NCBI GenBank assembly: GCA_963710755.1
Contig: CAVQBK010000001.1
Coordinates: 304,277-368,276, forward strand
Direction of reading: 5' to 3'
Source: an uncultured bacterium
Lineage (GTDB): Bacteria > Oederibacteriota > JAAXVQ01 > JAUVAV01
DNA: 64,000 nt
The translations under genes were made by a program, and so were the position numbers. Positions 17,535-27,593 of this stretch are shown here, piece by piece (the stretch's first letter is position 1; every line of letters starts with the position of its first letter). The notes under the pieces were generated by a model. The model ran no database searches. It was not told where the DNA came from and worked only from the letters and a program-made list of their open reading frames with translations.

Positions 17535-20500
17535 TTATGCCGATTGGAGTAGCGAATGAACCCCCGGACGAAGACGTTTTTGGGGTTTTTGCTTGGAATC
17601 GAAAAGCTTCTTAAGCAGCGGCTCTATACCCCATATCGGCAGAGGGTGTTGATGACGATCGTGTAGGCGGCGCGGAAACCAACGTTTGAATAACGATTGC
17701 TCTTGGGCAAATTCCAGACTGATTGTTTCCATTCTTCGTGTGTAATAGTCATAGGTCATAGCCACGGCCAGCATGGCGCGGCCCTGCCAAGTCAGCAATC
17801 CTCGACGGTTAAAACAAGCTGCTGGTAGAATCACTTCCATTTTTTTAGAGGCACCGTCATAAGTGACTACCCACTGGTGTGCCATGACTCTATGAGCATA
17901 GTCAACCAACGTCATTCCTGGAACGATGTGAAAAGATAGAAGCACCTGCTTATCCAGCAAACTAATCAAAAGAGCCGGTTCTTGGAGAGCATGGGTTACA
18001 AACAACCGACCTAATTGGTCCATCGTTGTATCGCTCATTGTACTTGCTCTCAGATGGTCCCGCCTGTGCAGGCTTGTAATCAGGACAAGACCATACAAGA
18101 AAATTTTCAGCATTAAGACTTTCAGCCAAAGAGGCAGTGGAATTGACAGGGGCAGCATCGTCTGATTAACCTGATGGTCACGTATAACCTTGTCCAAAGG
18201 CAACGTTAACGTTTTTTGGGCTATGCTCTCTTTTCCTTGTTTTACAATGATATTCTGATCATAATTAGCCCGGGCATGCGCTACTCCGCTGGTTTTGATA
18301 ACCGGCCAGGCCACTAAACCCAGCAATCCGGCCATGATCCATGATCCCAAAATACCACTGGCCGAAAGTGCGCCGAGACCGGCGGTTATCACCATTGGCA
18401 GGAGCAATGAGGTTCTTGCAGCCGTCCAGGAAGGTCTTAGCATGAATAAAAGGCGTTGCAATGGCTTCATACCGTTGGGTCCGCGCCATGCCTTATACTC
18501 ATGTTGGGCAACATCAGCAACCAACACGCCGCCAAAGACATGGGCGCCAAGAAAGACTGCAAAAAGCAAGGCAGCCGGCCCTAATAGCGATAGGATCAGA
18601 GCCGTCCAACCCTGTGCTTGGCCATGGCCAAGCACAGCCAATATCTGGAAAAGAAGATAGACCGTACTGGCCACCCATCCTTCCGCGCGCCCCGTGGTCA
18701 CAGGGTCCCAGCCTAAGGTTGCCCCCAGTTTCCCTATGGCGCCAGGCACGCCATTCAGCGCTGTTCCATCAGGCAAGATTACAGATCCATTGGTATAGGT
18801 CATCACCATGGTTAGCGGCAAGCGTTGAAACCAGGCATTGTAATGGTCGTAGTAATGGACAATCTTTTGATTCCATTGTTTAAGTTCGTTAAAAAAAGCC
18901 TTTAACTCATTTTGTTTATCAGGATCCGCCTGCCAATGATGAAGAATCTGATTAAATAAAAGATGGAAATCCCCTTTATCAAATTCATTGTAATAACTGT
19001 CTTGGTTCTGCATGCCCACAAACCAATGGATTACAAAATCAGCCAATGTTTTTCCATTTAGCTGATTCAATATCTCATAGCGCTTGTCCTTATCCACCAC
19101 CTGGCTCACGGCAGCAGGTATAATGGCCTTGTGTTGGTTGATCAAGTCGAATATTTGGTTGCGGGTCAGGCGTGAAAAATCAAGGTCCGTTTTTTCAATC
19201 CAAACTGCCAGAAGATGGGGGTCTGTTCGGCCCAGTTGGGTCAAGGTGTTTTTATACAAATTATGATTAAAGGGAAATCTTAAAATCCACCTGAATAATT
19301 TAGGATTAATGTCCGCAATCAAGGTCAGCAAATACACAAATTGGTCATGGGGCAGCTGCCCATAGACGTCCTGCATCATGTTACGAATATTGCCCAGTAA
19401 TATCCGCTCATCGGCCTTGAGATTTAAAATAGCAGGACCTTCCGTCAGCACGGTAAGCGCCGTGGTTAAAAGGAGGATATATTTTTGCTGAACCAACTCC
19501 GGATGGACCAGTCTGATCTTGCGTAATAAGGTTTTCAATGGCAGGGATAAGTCTTTTTCGGTTCCCTCTTTCTGCCCAATCCAAGCCTTGATGATTTTGC
19601 TCAGATGGGCCGCTTCTTCCAAATGCTTGGCCTGCAATTTATGACGCCACTGTTTAATTGTTCGTGTCCAAACCATGGTCTCCTTTTGATGCCCCAAGAG
19701 ACCTGAATAAGGCAACACAGGAATGTTATCTCCATGGTAAACGCGGCCGGTGTTGCCGTCGACCGTGATGGGATCATCAAAGGACAAGCGCCTGTTTTCA
19801 GGCCCCAACAGCGCGTACGATTTTAGGCCATAACCCTGAATCTTCATTTGCGCCACGCCGGTAACCACCGGTTCAAAGCGGCGGGCCTGGCGTTTAAGCG
19901 CAGCACCGTGAGAATAAACATTGCCATAGGCCTCGATCACACCTTGGCATAGAGGATGGCGGATCAGGTCTTCATCACCGGCATTGGTTTGGCGTACCAC
20001 CAATATAATGGGCTCTTGCTTGGTAATTAAAGCTTGGGCCTGTTGACGGTTAAAAGCCGTTCGGCCACTAGCCACTCCGGGAGCGCAAGCCAGCCCATTA
20101 GCCAGCAAGTCGTTGCGGGCCTTGGGTTCATCCACCCAGGGCGCCTTCAGGGCATCCTCAAACCAAGCCAGCTCTCCCAGGGATATTTCGCGCATAATTT
20201 CCTGATCGCTTTTCAACCTTTCTTGTTTCATTTGCAGCAGACTGCGGATACGTGCCAGGGGGTAAAGCAGCCTGTCGGCACTGCGCAATTGCACCGCCGC
20301 CAGCCGGCCTGCTTCAATGGTGAATTCCATGTCCAAACAAGTACGATAATGTTTTTCCATCCTGTTTTTTAACCGTTCCAATTCTCTATAAACGTGCGGC
20401 AGACGCTCGGCCAGGCTTACCAGGCCATTGGCGGTCACTGCTCCGGAAACAATATCCTCACCCACAGCGCCCCAGGAAAAGACACCCCACATGCCCTTCT

Positions 20501-23500
20501 CACCGGTAATGGGATGGCGCGAATAAAGCACGCCCGATCCGGACTTGCGCTGATCAAGGGGCTTATAGCCATCCCTGTCACCAAACACCATCTCCTGGAT
20601 AATAACGGCCGTGCCTGTATCAGCCAGGCTGGATTGCTCCCTGTACTCCCGCATGGGTTTGCCATCCCAAGACGCTGCGACAGCTTTAATGGCTTCATGC
20701 ATCTGTTCATTAATATCCTCAGGATAAGCCAGATGAAGCCCCCTCAACCGTTTCCGGTATAATCTGACTAATTTTCGCCAATCCTGAGCTTCAAGGTCCC
20801 CCGGCTGGCGTCCGGCAAGCACTTCTGTGTAGAGAGGGTCAAATTCCTGTGGTTTAACATTGTGCACTTTGACGCCGTACTCCCTGATGCCTCTGGCATA
20901 GGCCTGCCAGGCAAAACGGGGATCAGTGGCCTTGGCCAAGGCTTTCACCCTCCGTTGATTAAGACCGAGGTAGGTTACGGTCTTCATTTTACCTGGTGCT
21001 GAGTCAGGCGCACCGGAACGTACTGAGATCAAGAGTGGAACCCCTTTTCCAGAACGCCACCGCTTATGGGACATGGTTTCCAGCCGCTTCATGGCCTTTT
21101 CCAAATTCATGATCATATTCGTATAAAATCCTTTATTTTCAATCGCTTTATTGGCTACGCCGACAGGAATAACAAATCCTATTGGTACAGGTCCGTTTAA
21201 TTTGGCCATTTCAGATAAATTGGCACCTTTGGCGCTCAGTATGTCGCGCATTCCCATATCGCCATCAGCATAACCAGGATAGAAAAAATAAAAGGGCACA
21301 TCACTTTTGTGAGATCCTACGCTAGGAGTATCAGCGGCCTTGCTAAGCATTAAATGATCATGATGTTGCCTGGGAGGCGGACTCCCCATCGCCATGACTC
21401 CATTGGTCAATAGCCTCCATGGCCCGGGAAGAAAGGCCAAAGTTAAAACCGCCAGCAAAGCTATAATGAAAGTTATATTTTGCCGAAAAAGCAATGGACC
21501 TTGGGCCCAAATAGCCGGCCATGAATCATGCCAATGATAAAACAAAATGCCGCCTATAACCGTTGCGGCCAACCACCAATAGGGGTTTCTTTTAGTGTCT
21601 GCCCGGTTGACGTTGGCATGCATCCATCCGCTGACAATGTCGATGACCGCGCCGGACAGAAAAGCCTGTTTAATCTTCCGCCAGTCCCCTTTGCCGATGT
21701 CCTCGGTGATCTCCCTGCCATGATCCTTAGGCTGGAACAGGCGATTGATGATGTGTTTACTAAGCAGTTCCACCATGCGCTTACGCGAGGTTGTTCCGTC
21801 AACGGGATCGGGAAAAGTGCCGCCATAACGCAGCTTAAGGAAAAAGTTAAAATCGGTCATGAGCAAAACTTTGTTCTGATACGCAGGATGAAGGTTTAGA
21901 AGCTTCTTTTTGATTTCCGGGCTGGCCACGACAATCAGATCGCTCTTTTTTAATACTTCGCTGGTTATTGGTCTGCTTCTAAAAGCTATGAGACTTTCTT
22001 TATCAATAGGTACATGTGCTTCACGTATAACTGCCAAATAGTGTTGGTCAATAGATAGGTCATACGTTGCCGACTTTACATACCATCCCCCGGAAGTTAC
22101 AGTGACATTGCTCTTCCCCTGGAGATTAATCTGATATTGAGCAAGGAGTTCCGCCAAAGCGCTACGGTTGCGGTTGGTAAGGCAAACAAAACAGAGATTG
22201 ACCTCCTCATCAATTGCAATGGCATTGGCAATGCGATCAATCAAAGGCTGTTTGGGAACAAAAAGTGAATCCACACCACTTTTGAATACCCTTGCCGGTG
22301 TAAAAAGGAATGCCTTTATCTTCGTCCCCCAATCCTCGTTTAATTTTGAACCCAGCTGCTTTACCAGGGCCTTGACTTGGTATTCATTATCAACGTGCGC
22401 GATTATCCAGTGTGGCAGGATATCGGCTTGGAATAAATTTTCCGGCATCGCAAATTCCGCACTACCGTGATTTCGGGGCATGACCACAACCTCTTTGGAC
22501 ACGCCGGCTACCATGGCCTGGCCAATGCTCATCCACTGCGCGCACCGGGCTTGCTGTTTTTGCTGCGCTGTCCATGGCCGAGGCTGACTATACTCGTCTT
22601 GGTTTTGGCTCAAAAATCGGTCCAAGGCTTCAGTCTTGTGTTTAGAATGATCTTTTACCCAAAATCCCAATGGTTTTAAAATCGCCTGTACCCTTCCCAT
22701 AAACGCGGGTTGCTCAAAAATGCTGCGCAGGGCCATTTTGGTCTGGTGTTTTTGAAACAAGGCTTCCAGAGGCGTTGGCCGGCCTTGCAGCAATTGGAAA
22801 TAAGGATTAAGGCGGTCATGTTTGGTGAGGCCCGGGGTGATTAAAACCGTGCTGATCCCTTTCTGACGCAGCGCTTCCAGGACAGCAGCTGTATGATAGC
22901 CGCCGCCAATCAAAATCGCCCTTGGTTGGCCGGTGGCACTCATTTTTTTCAGCAAATGCTCCACAAAGGCCGTACTGCGCCGGTCGGCCAGAAGGTAGAA
23001 TTGCCGGGCATGTCCCAGGGCCTGATTCAGGCTGGTGACGGCCAAGGTCAGATCAGTATCCTCTATGGTTATCCTATGATCATTGGCCATGCGTTTAAGA
23101 TCCTGGTACAGGAAGGCGGCGTTGTATTGGCTATGTTGGCGAAAGGTTAGAAGTTCGGAAGGCGTAGCGGAAATAGCGGTTATTTTTTCGACCAGCTCAA
23201 GCCAGCGTTCACCTTGAAGGATGCGTTTTTCCTCTTCCTTGGTGGCCAGCCGGTCCGCCAGGATGTTTTCCATCCCGGCCATGTCTTGAAAAAGACGGTC
23301 AGGGTCAACGTCCGAAGGATGTTGTTCATACTGTTCCAGGTCCATATAAGCGTCCAAGGCCAACCCCAGGCGCCGGGCTTGAGCTAAAAGCGAACGGCCA
23401 TAATCAGGCAGGGGCAAATGCCCCTCCCTGTATTGCCGTTTTAAACGGGCCAGGGCTTGGAGGTTAGGGTTATAAACATAAGGCTCAAGGGTTTCCAGGG

Positions 23501-24071
23501 CAGTTCTGAAATCCGCCAGGCAACCAAGATTTTCATTGTTGACGATGTCCTTAATCTGCGTCTGGCTGGCCTGAAAAAGGCCGGGATCATCAATGCCCTC
23601 CAATTGAAGCGGACTGTCATTGCGAATTGAGGCCAACTCAGCACCTGTCATCCGGCCCTGGCGTAAAAGAAATTCACTGACCTCTTCTTTAAGCTCCGCT
23701 AAGGGGAAACGTTGAATAATGCCGGTGTCAATTGGCGCAAAGGCACCTTCTTGGCCTACCAGTTTCAAATGATAATGACGGGCCAAATGGCCGATGATGG
23801 CGGCAATGTTTTTCTGCACTTCATAGTTGCAATGGAGATCTTCAATGTAAAAAACGGTTTTCGGTCCTGCAGGCACCAATCGGCGTATGGTGCCAAGTTG
23901 TTTGGGAAGGTGCAAGGGCCGGCCCTGAACCAGAAAGGTTCCCGACTGGGAAAGATTGGCCGTGGAATCAAAGGCCCAACTAAAAGCAGGCCAAAGCATG
24001 CTTACGGTCATGAGCAGGCTAAGTAATTTAAAATAAGGAGGGCGTTGGTATGGATTGCGTCTGGTGGTCAT
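17535..24071 (-). CDS. Giant multidomain membrane protein (about 2,180 aa): conserved N-terminal DLHCNYEVQ domain, LMW protein-tyrosine phosphatase, PPDK-like ATP-grasp and phospho-His domains, TM segments
   Basis: FVCLTNRNRS (CX5RS) and FPDP; KGANLSEM, ISVRSGA, IIQEMVFG, GEDIVSG, DMEFTIE, YSHGAAL. Start taken at the ATG downstream of AAGGA (ORF track starts at 24113). Confidence 0.88.
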   Translation of the reverse strand: MTTRRNPYQRPPYFKLLSLLMTVSMLWPAFSWAFDSTANLSQSGTFLVQGRPLHLPKQLGTIRRLVPAGPKTVFYIEDLHCNYEVQKNIAAIIGHLARHYHLKLVGQEGAFAPIDTGIIQRFPLAELKEEVSEFLLRQGRMTGAELASIRNDSPLQLEGIDDPGLFQASQTQIKDIVNNENLGCLADFRTALETLEPYVYNPNLQALARLKRQYREGHLPLPDYGRSLLAQARRLGLALDAYMDLEQYEQHPSDVDPDRLFQDMAGMENILADRLATKEEEKRILQGERWLELVEKITAISATPSELLTFRQHSQYNAAFLYQDLKRMANDHRITIEDTDLTLAVTSLNQALGHARQFYLLADRRSTAFVEHLLKKMSATGQPRAILIGGGYHTAAVLEALRQKGISTVLITPGLTKHDRLNPYFQLLQGRPTPLEALFQKHQTKMALRSIFEQPAFMGRVQAILKPLGFWVKDHSKHKTEALDRFLSQNQDEYSQPRPWTAQQKQQARCAQWMSIGQAMVAGVSKEVVVMPRNHGSAEFAMPENLFQADILPHWIIAHVDNEYQVKALVKQLGSKLNEDWGTKIKAFLFTPARVFKSGVDSLFVPKQPLIDRIANAIAIDEEVNLCFVCLTNRNRSALAELLAQYQINLQGKSNVTVTSGGWYVKSATYDLSIDQHYLAVIREAHVPIDKESLIAFRSRPITSEVLKKSDLIVVASPEIKKKLLNLHPAYQNKVLLMTDFNFFLKLRYGGTFPDPVDGTTSRKRMVELLSKHIINRLFQPKDHGREITEDIGKGDWRKIKQAFLSGAVIDIVSGWMHANVNRADTKRNPYWWLAATVIGGILFYHWHDSWPAIWAQGPLLFRQNITFIIALLAVLTLAFLPGPWRLLTNGVMAMGSPPPRQHHDHLMLSKAADTPSVGSHKSDVPFYFFYPGYADGDMGMRDILSAKGANLSEMAKLNGPVPIGFVIPVGVANKAIENKGFYTNMIMNLEKAMKRLETMSHKRWRSGKGVPLLISVRSGAPDSAPGKMKTVTYLGLNQRRVKALAKATDPRFAWQAYARGIREYGVKVHNVKPQEFDPLYTEVLAGRQPGDLEAQDWRKLVRLYRKRLRGLHLAYPEDINEQMHEAIKAVAASWDGKPMREYREQSSLADTGTAVIIQEMVFGDRDGYKPLDQRKSGSGVLYSRHPITGEKGMWGVFSWGAVGEDIVSGAVTANGLVSLAERLPHVYRELERLKNRMEKHYRTCLDMEFTIEAGRLAAVQLRSADRLLYPLARIRSLLQMKQERLKSDQEIMREISLGELAWFEDALKAPWVDEPKARNDLLANGLACAPGVASGRTAFNRQQAQALITKQEPIILVVRQTNAGDEDLIRHPLCQGVIEAYGNVYSHGAALKRQARRFEPVVTGVAQMKIQGYGLKSYALLGPENRRLSFDDPITVDGNTGRVYHGDNIPVLPYSGLLGHQKETMVWTRTIKQWRHKLQAKHLEEAAHLSKIIKAWIGQKEGTEKDLSLPLKTLLRKIRLVHPELVQQKYILLLTTALTVLTEGPAILNLKADERILLGNIRNMMQDVYGQLPHDQFVYLLTLIADINPKLFRWILRFPFNHNLYKNTLTQLGRTDPHLLAVWIEKTDLDFSRLTRNQIFDLINQHKAIIPAAVSQVVDKDKRYEILNQLNGKTLADFVIHWFVGMQNQDSYYNEFDKGDFHLLFNQILHHWQADPDKQNELKAFFNELKQWNQKIVHYYDHYNAWFQRLPLTMVMTYTNGSVILPDGTALNGVPGAIGKLGATLGWDPVTTGRAEGWVASTVYLLFQILAVLGHGQAQGWTALILSLLGPAALLFAVFLGAHVFGGVLVADVAQHEYKAWRGPNGMKPLQRLLFMLRPSWTAARTSLLLPMVITAGLGALSASGILGSWIMAGLLGLVAWPVIKTSGVAHARANYDQNIIVKQGKESIAQKTLTLPLDKVIRDHQVNQTMLPLSIPLPLWLKVLMLKIFLYGLVLITSLHRRDHLRASTMSDTTMDQLGRLFVTHALQEPALLISLLDKQVLLSFHIVPGMTLVDYAHRVMAHQWVVTYDGASKKMEVILPAACFNRRGLLTWQGRAMLAVAMTYDYYTRRMETISLEFAQEQSLFKRWFPRRLHDRHQHPLPIWGIEPLLKKLFDSKQKPQKRLRPGVHSLLQSA

Positions 24072-24241
24072 GGGCATGATTCCTTGCAGAGAGTGAACTC
24101 CGCTGCAAATCATATCAGAAAAAAGAGGCTCGCGATAAATATCCTCTATTTAATAACCAATTTTGCAATTCTTACGCCAGCTGTTTTTAATGATGCAACA
24201 GTTAAGGTTTTATTTTTTTATGGTTTATCGGGTATTGGTAC

Positions 24242-25099
24242 TCACTGGTATTGGCTCAGAATAGCCGCCACTGCCTTCTCGTCCACTTCTTGGTCGACCA
24301 GCGGTTGCTTTTGCAAAACCGGCCAGTGTTCCTCATAGGCCGGCCGGTTGTTTTTGTAAAGAATGCCTAAGGGAATACGATCGCCCCATTCATAGGCTTT
24401 GTCCAAAGCAGCGTGGAAGTCAGTGGGATCATAGTTGGGATCTTCATTCAGATCATAGACACGCTGCTGGTACCAGGCATGGGTATTGACTTTATTGAAA
24501 GACACGCAAGGCTGGAGAACATCAATCAAGGCAAATCCCCGATGGGTTATACCTTGTTGGATCACATCCGCCAATTTATCACCGGCACCAGTAAAAGAAC
24601 GGGCCACAAAGTTACATCCTTGACTGATTGCTAAAGCTAATGGATTCATAGGATAATTAATTACGCCATTTGGTTGAACCTTGGTTTTTATACCCAAGTC
24701 CGATGTGGGTGAGGCCTGGCCTTTGGTGAGTCCATAAATGCGATTATCCATCACCAGCAACGTCAGATTGAGGTTGCGACGCAAGGCGTGAATAAAGTGG
24801 TTACCCCCTTCGCCATACATATCGCCATCGCCGCCAACCGCCACCACGGTCAGCTCATGATTGGCAATCTTGGCCCCCGTGGCTGCCGGCAAGCCGCGGC
24901 CATGGAGACCGTTGAACACATTGGCCTTGAGGTAATGAGGCATCTTGGCGGCTTGGCCGATGCCGGAGCACACCATCACTTGCCACGGCTCCAGCCCAAG
25001 GCCGACCAGTGCTTTTTTAAGGGCCGTGAGCATGCCGTAATCTCCACAGCCGGGACACCAGGCTGGAACAATACTTTTATAATCAGCAACACTTGCCAT
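24242..25099 (-). CDS. korB: 2-oxoacid:ferredoxin oxidoreductase beta subunit
   Basis: WCPGCGDYG, SGIGQ, GLHGR, GGDGD, YGLTKGQASPT, LQPCVSFN. Confidence 0.95.
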   Translation of the reverse strand: MASVADYKSIVPAWCPGCGDYGMLTALKKALVGLGLEPWQVMVCSGIGQAAKMPHYLKANVFNGLHGRGLPAATGAKIANHELTVVAVGGDGDMYGEGGNHFIHALRRNLNLTLLVMDNRIYGLTKGQASPTSDLGIKTKVQPNGVINYPMNPLALAISQGCNFVARSFTGAGDKLADVIQQGITHRGFALIDVLQPCVSFNKVNTHAWYQQRVYDLNEDPNYDPTDFHAALDKAYEWGDRIPLGILYKNNRPAYEEHWPVLQKQPLVDQEVDEKAVAAILSQYQ

Positions 25100-25143
25100 G
25101 ATCTTGCCTCCTTGGTAGTAATTCTATGTAATTATACTTCAAG

Positions 25144-25672
25144 GTACCCCTCACCTAACCTCTCCCCGGATTTCCGGGGAGAGGGATAATAATAAATATT
25201 TGAGGAATAAAACTAAAAAACATCTCCTCTCCCCGTTATAACGGGGAGAGGCTAAGTGAGAGGACCAGCTTCATTCATTCTTTAATTGTTAACTTTCCCC
25301 ACTCCCCGTATTGCCGGGGATAGGAGATTTTATTTATTTTTATATCTTTTCTTCATCCCTCTCCCCGTTATAACGGGGAGAGGCTAGGTGAGGGGACCAG
25401 CTTCATTCATTCTTTAATTGTTAACTTTCCCCACTCCCCGTATTGCCGGGGATAGGAGATTTTATTTATTTTTATATCTTTTCTTCATCCCTCTCCTACA
25501 CTGCTCCCCGTTATAACGGGGAGAGGCTAAGTGAGAGGACCAGCTTCATTCATTCTTTAATTGTTAACTTTCCCCACTCCCCGTATTGCCGGGGATAGGA
25601 GATTTTATTTATTTTATATCTTTTCTTCATCCCTCTCCCCGGAAATCCGGGGAGAGGTTAGGTGAGGGGTAC
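25144..25672. repeat. MITE/REPIN-like element with perfect 44-bp terminal inverted repeats enclosing three ~132-bp tandem units, between korA and korB
   Basis: 25144..25187 GTACCCCTCACCTAACCTCTCCCCGGATTTCCGGGGAGAGGGAT is the exact reverse complement of 25629..25672; internal palindrome CTCCCCGTTATAACGGGGAG occurs three times. Confidence 0.9.
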
Positions 25673-25766
25673 AGCTTTGCTTATTATTTCAAACCTTTTT
25701 ATCTGCTCCCGTTTCAATGGGAATTATCCTAACAACACAGGTAGCATTAAGCACGACGCGAGGCGA

Positions 25767-27488
25767 TCATTCATTTTTTTCCAATATCCCTTTGATCTCC
25801 CTCTTCACTTCATCGCAAAGAAAAGGCCTGCCGTCATATCGCAGGATCAGATGATTAATGCAGATAGACGTGGTGCCGCGCAACACATGTGCGAACTGGC
25901 CGGTGGCATTGCCTTCCACCATGATCAGGGTTTGATAGCTGGCCAGCACACCGCTGACTTCCACCTCATTGAGCGGCCAGCATTGTTTGAAATAAATCAG
26001 ACTCACCGGCACACCTTCCTGCTGCAGCATCTCCACGGCCTCACGGCAAGGCCCATAAGATGAACCCCAGCAGATTACCCCAATTTGATCGTCCTGGCCG
26101 ATGACTTCAGGCATGAGCATGTCCTGCTGCAGTCCTTGCAGTTTCTTCAGACGCTTGTCATTCATCTGAATGCGCACATCCAGATCTTCCGTGAGGTGCC
26201 CATCCTCAGTATGTTCATCACTGTCAATAATCACCACACCCTCTCCCTTGCCTGGAAAAGCACGGGGCGAGATGCCGTCTTCGGTCAATTGATAGCGCTG
26301 ATAATCTGCATTTGGCTTGACCAGCTTACCGCGGTCTATGCCAATTTTATTTGGATCAAAAGGTTTTACGTTATTATACCAATCGGCGAGATACTGATCG
26401 GTTAGGACAAACACGGGAATTTGGTATTGGTCCGCTAAATTAAAGGCATGCATGGTCAGCTCAAAGCAATCCTGATGATTACCCGGCGTGAGTACGGCTT
26501 TGGGAAATTCGCCATGCCCTGCATAAATAACAAATTCCAAATCACCCTGTTCGGTCCTGGTGGGCAATCCGGTGGCCGGCCCAGGCCGCTGGGCATTGAC
26601 AATCACTGCCGGGCTTTCGGTCATGCCGGCCAGGCTGATGGCTTCCACCATCAAGGCCAGACCACCACCGGAAGTTCCGGTCATGGCACGCACCCCGCTG
26701 CTGGCGGCACCGAGCACCATGTTCAAAGCCGCAATCTCATCCTCCGCTTGTTCCACCACCAATTGGGCTTCCTCCATGTGATGGGCCATGGTATCCATCA
26801 CACTCGTGCCGGGCGTCATAGGATAGGCGGAATAAAATTTACATCCTGCGGCAATGGCGCCGAGTCCAATGGCCTGGTTGCCATGAAGCACCATGCTCTT
26901 GCCCCCGTTCTGCGGCACCGGAGCTCGGTAACGGCCATGCCAAGGGCCCTGGCCCACAAAATTATAGCCGGCGTCAAAGGCAGCTTTATTCTCATCAATA
27001 ATGGCCTGGCCCTTTTTGGCCAGTGTTTTGGCAAACAGGTTTTTAATCGGCTCCACCGGGCAATCAAGCATATTGGCCAGTACACCCAAATAAAGGCTGT
27101 TGGCCAGGACTTCCAAATCTTTGGCCGGTGCATAGAGGGCGCCCACTTCCAAAGCCAAGGCCTGGGCACAGATGTTCTCAGCCTTAATTCTTTCCTGATC
27201 GTAAATAATCATACCGTTGGCGCTCATGTCCTGGCAATGCTCACTGAGCGTGAGTTTATCAAGAGCAATGAGAATATCAATGCCGGAACGCATGCTATGG
27301 ATGGGATGGGAAGCCAGACGGATCTGAAATAAATTATGACCCCCGCGAATGCGGGATTGGTAGGACTGCAAGGTGGAGACATAATAGCCCATACCCAGCA
27401 AAGCTTGCGTCAGGGTTTGGCCCAGGGTCTGCATGCCCTGACCCGCTTCTCCGCCAATGGTCATGACAATATCATAGGAATCAGGCAT
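25767..27488 (-). CDS. korA: 2-oxoacid:ferredoxin oxidoreductase alpha subunit (gamma-alpha fused type)
   Basis: GGEAGQG, YQSRIRGGH, AYPMTP, EQAEDEIAA, TSGGG, QRPGPATGLPTRTEQGDL; GAGGAG RBS before ATG 27488. Confidence 0.95.
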   Translation of the reverse strand: MPDSYDIVMTIGGEAGQGMQTLGQTLTQALLGMGYYVSTLQSYQSRIRGGHNLFQIRLASHPIHSMRSGIDILIALDKLTLSEHCQDMSANGMIIYDQERIKAENICAQALALEVGALYAPAKDLEVLANSLYLGVLANMLDCPVEPIKNLFAKTLAKKGQAIIDENKAAFDAGYNFVGQGPWHGRYRAPVPQNGGKSMVLHGNQAIGLGAIAAGCKFYSAYPMTPGTSVMDTMAHHMEEAQLVVEQAEDEIAALNMVLGAASSGVRAMTGTSGGGLALMVEAISLAGMTESPAVIVNAQRPGPATGLPTRTEQGDLEFVIYAGHGEFPKAVLTPGNHQDCFELTMHAFNLADQYQIPVFVLTDQYLADWYNNVKPFDPNKIGIDRGKLVKPNADYQRYQLTEDGISPRAFPGKGEGVVIIDSDEHTEDGHLTEDLDVRIQMNDKRLKKLQGLQQDMLMPEVIGQDDQIGVICWGSSYGPCREAVEMLQQEGVPVSLIYFKQCWPLNEVEVSGVLASYQTLIMVEGNATGQFAHVLRGTTSICINHLILRYDGRPFLCDEVKREIKGILEKNE

Positions 27489-27593
27489 AAGAACTCCTCG
27501 CTTGTGGTTGGAATAATGGAAAAACAATTTGCAGGATTATAATGGAAATAATGGAGATGTGGAAGGTATTTTATGTGTTCTCTTTAAATTGAT

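Noticed and set aside
19735-21295. Housekeeping pyruvate phosphate dikinase gene (ppdK)
   Set aside because: It lacks the C-terminal PEP/pyruvate barrel and is embedded between TM segments of a giant protein
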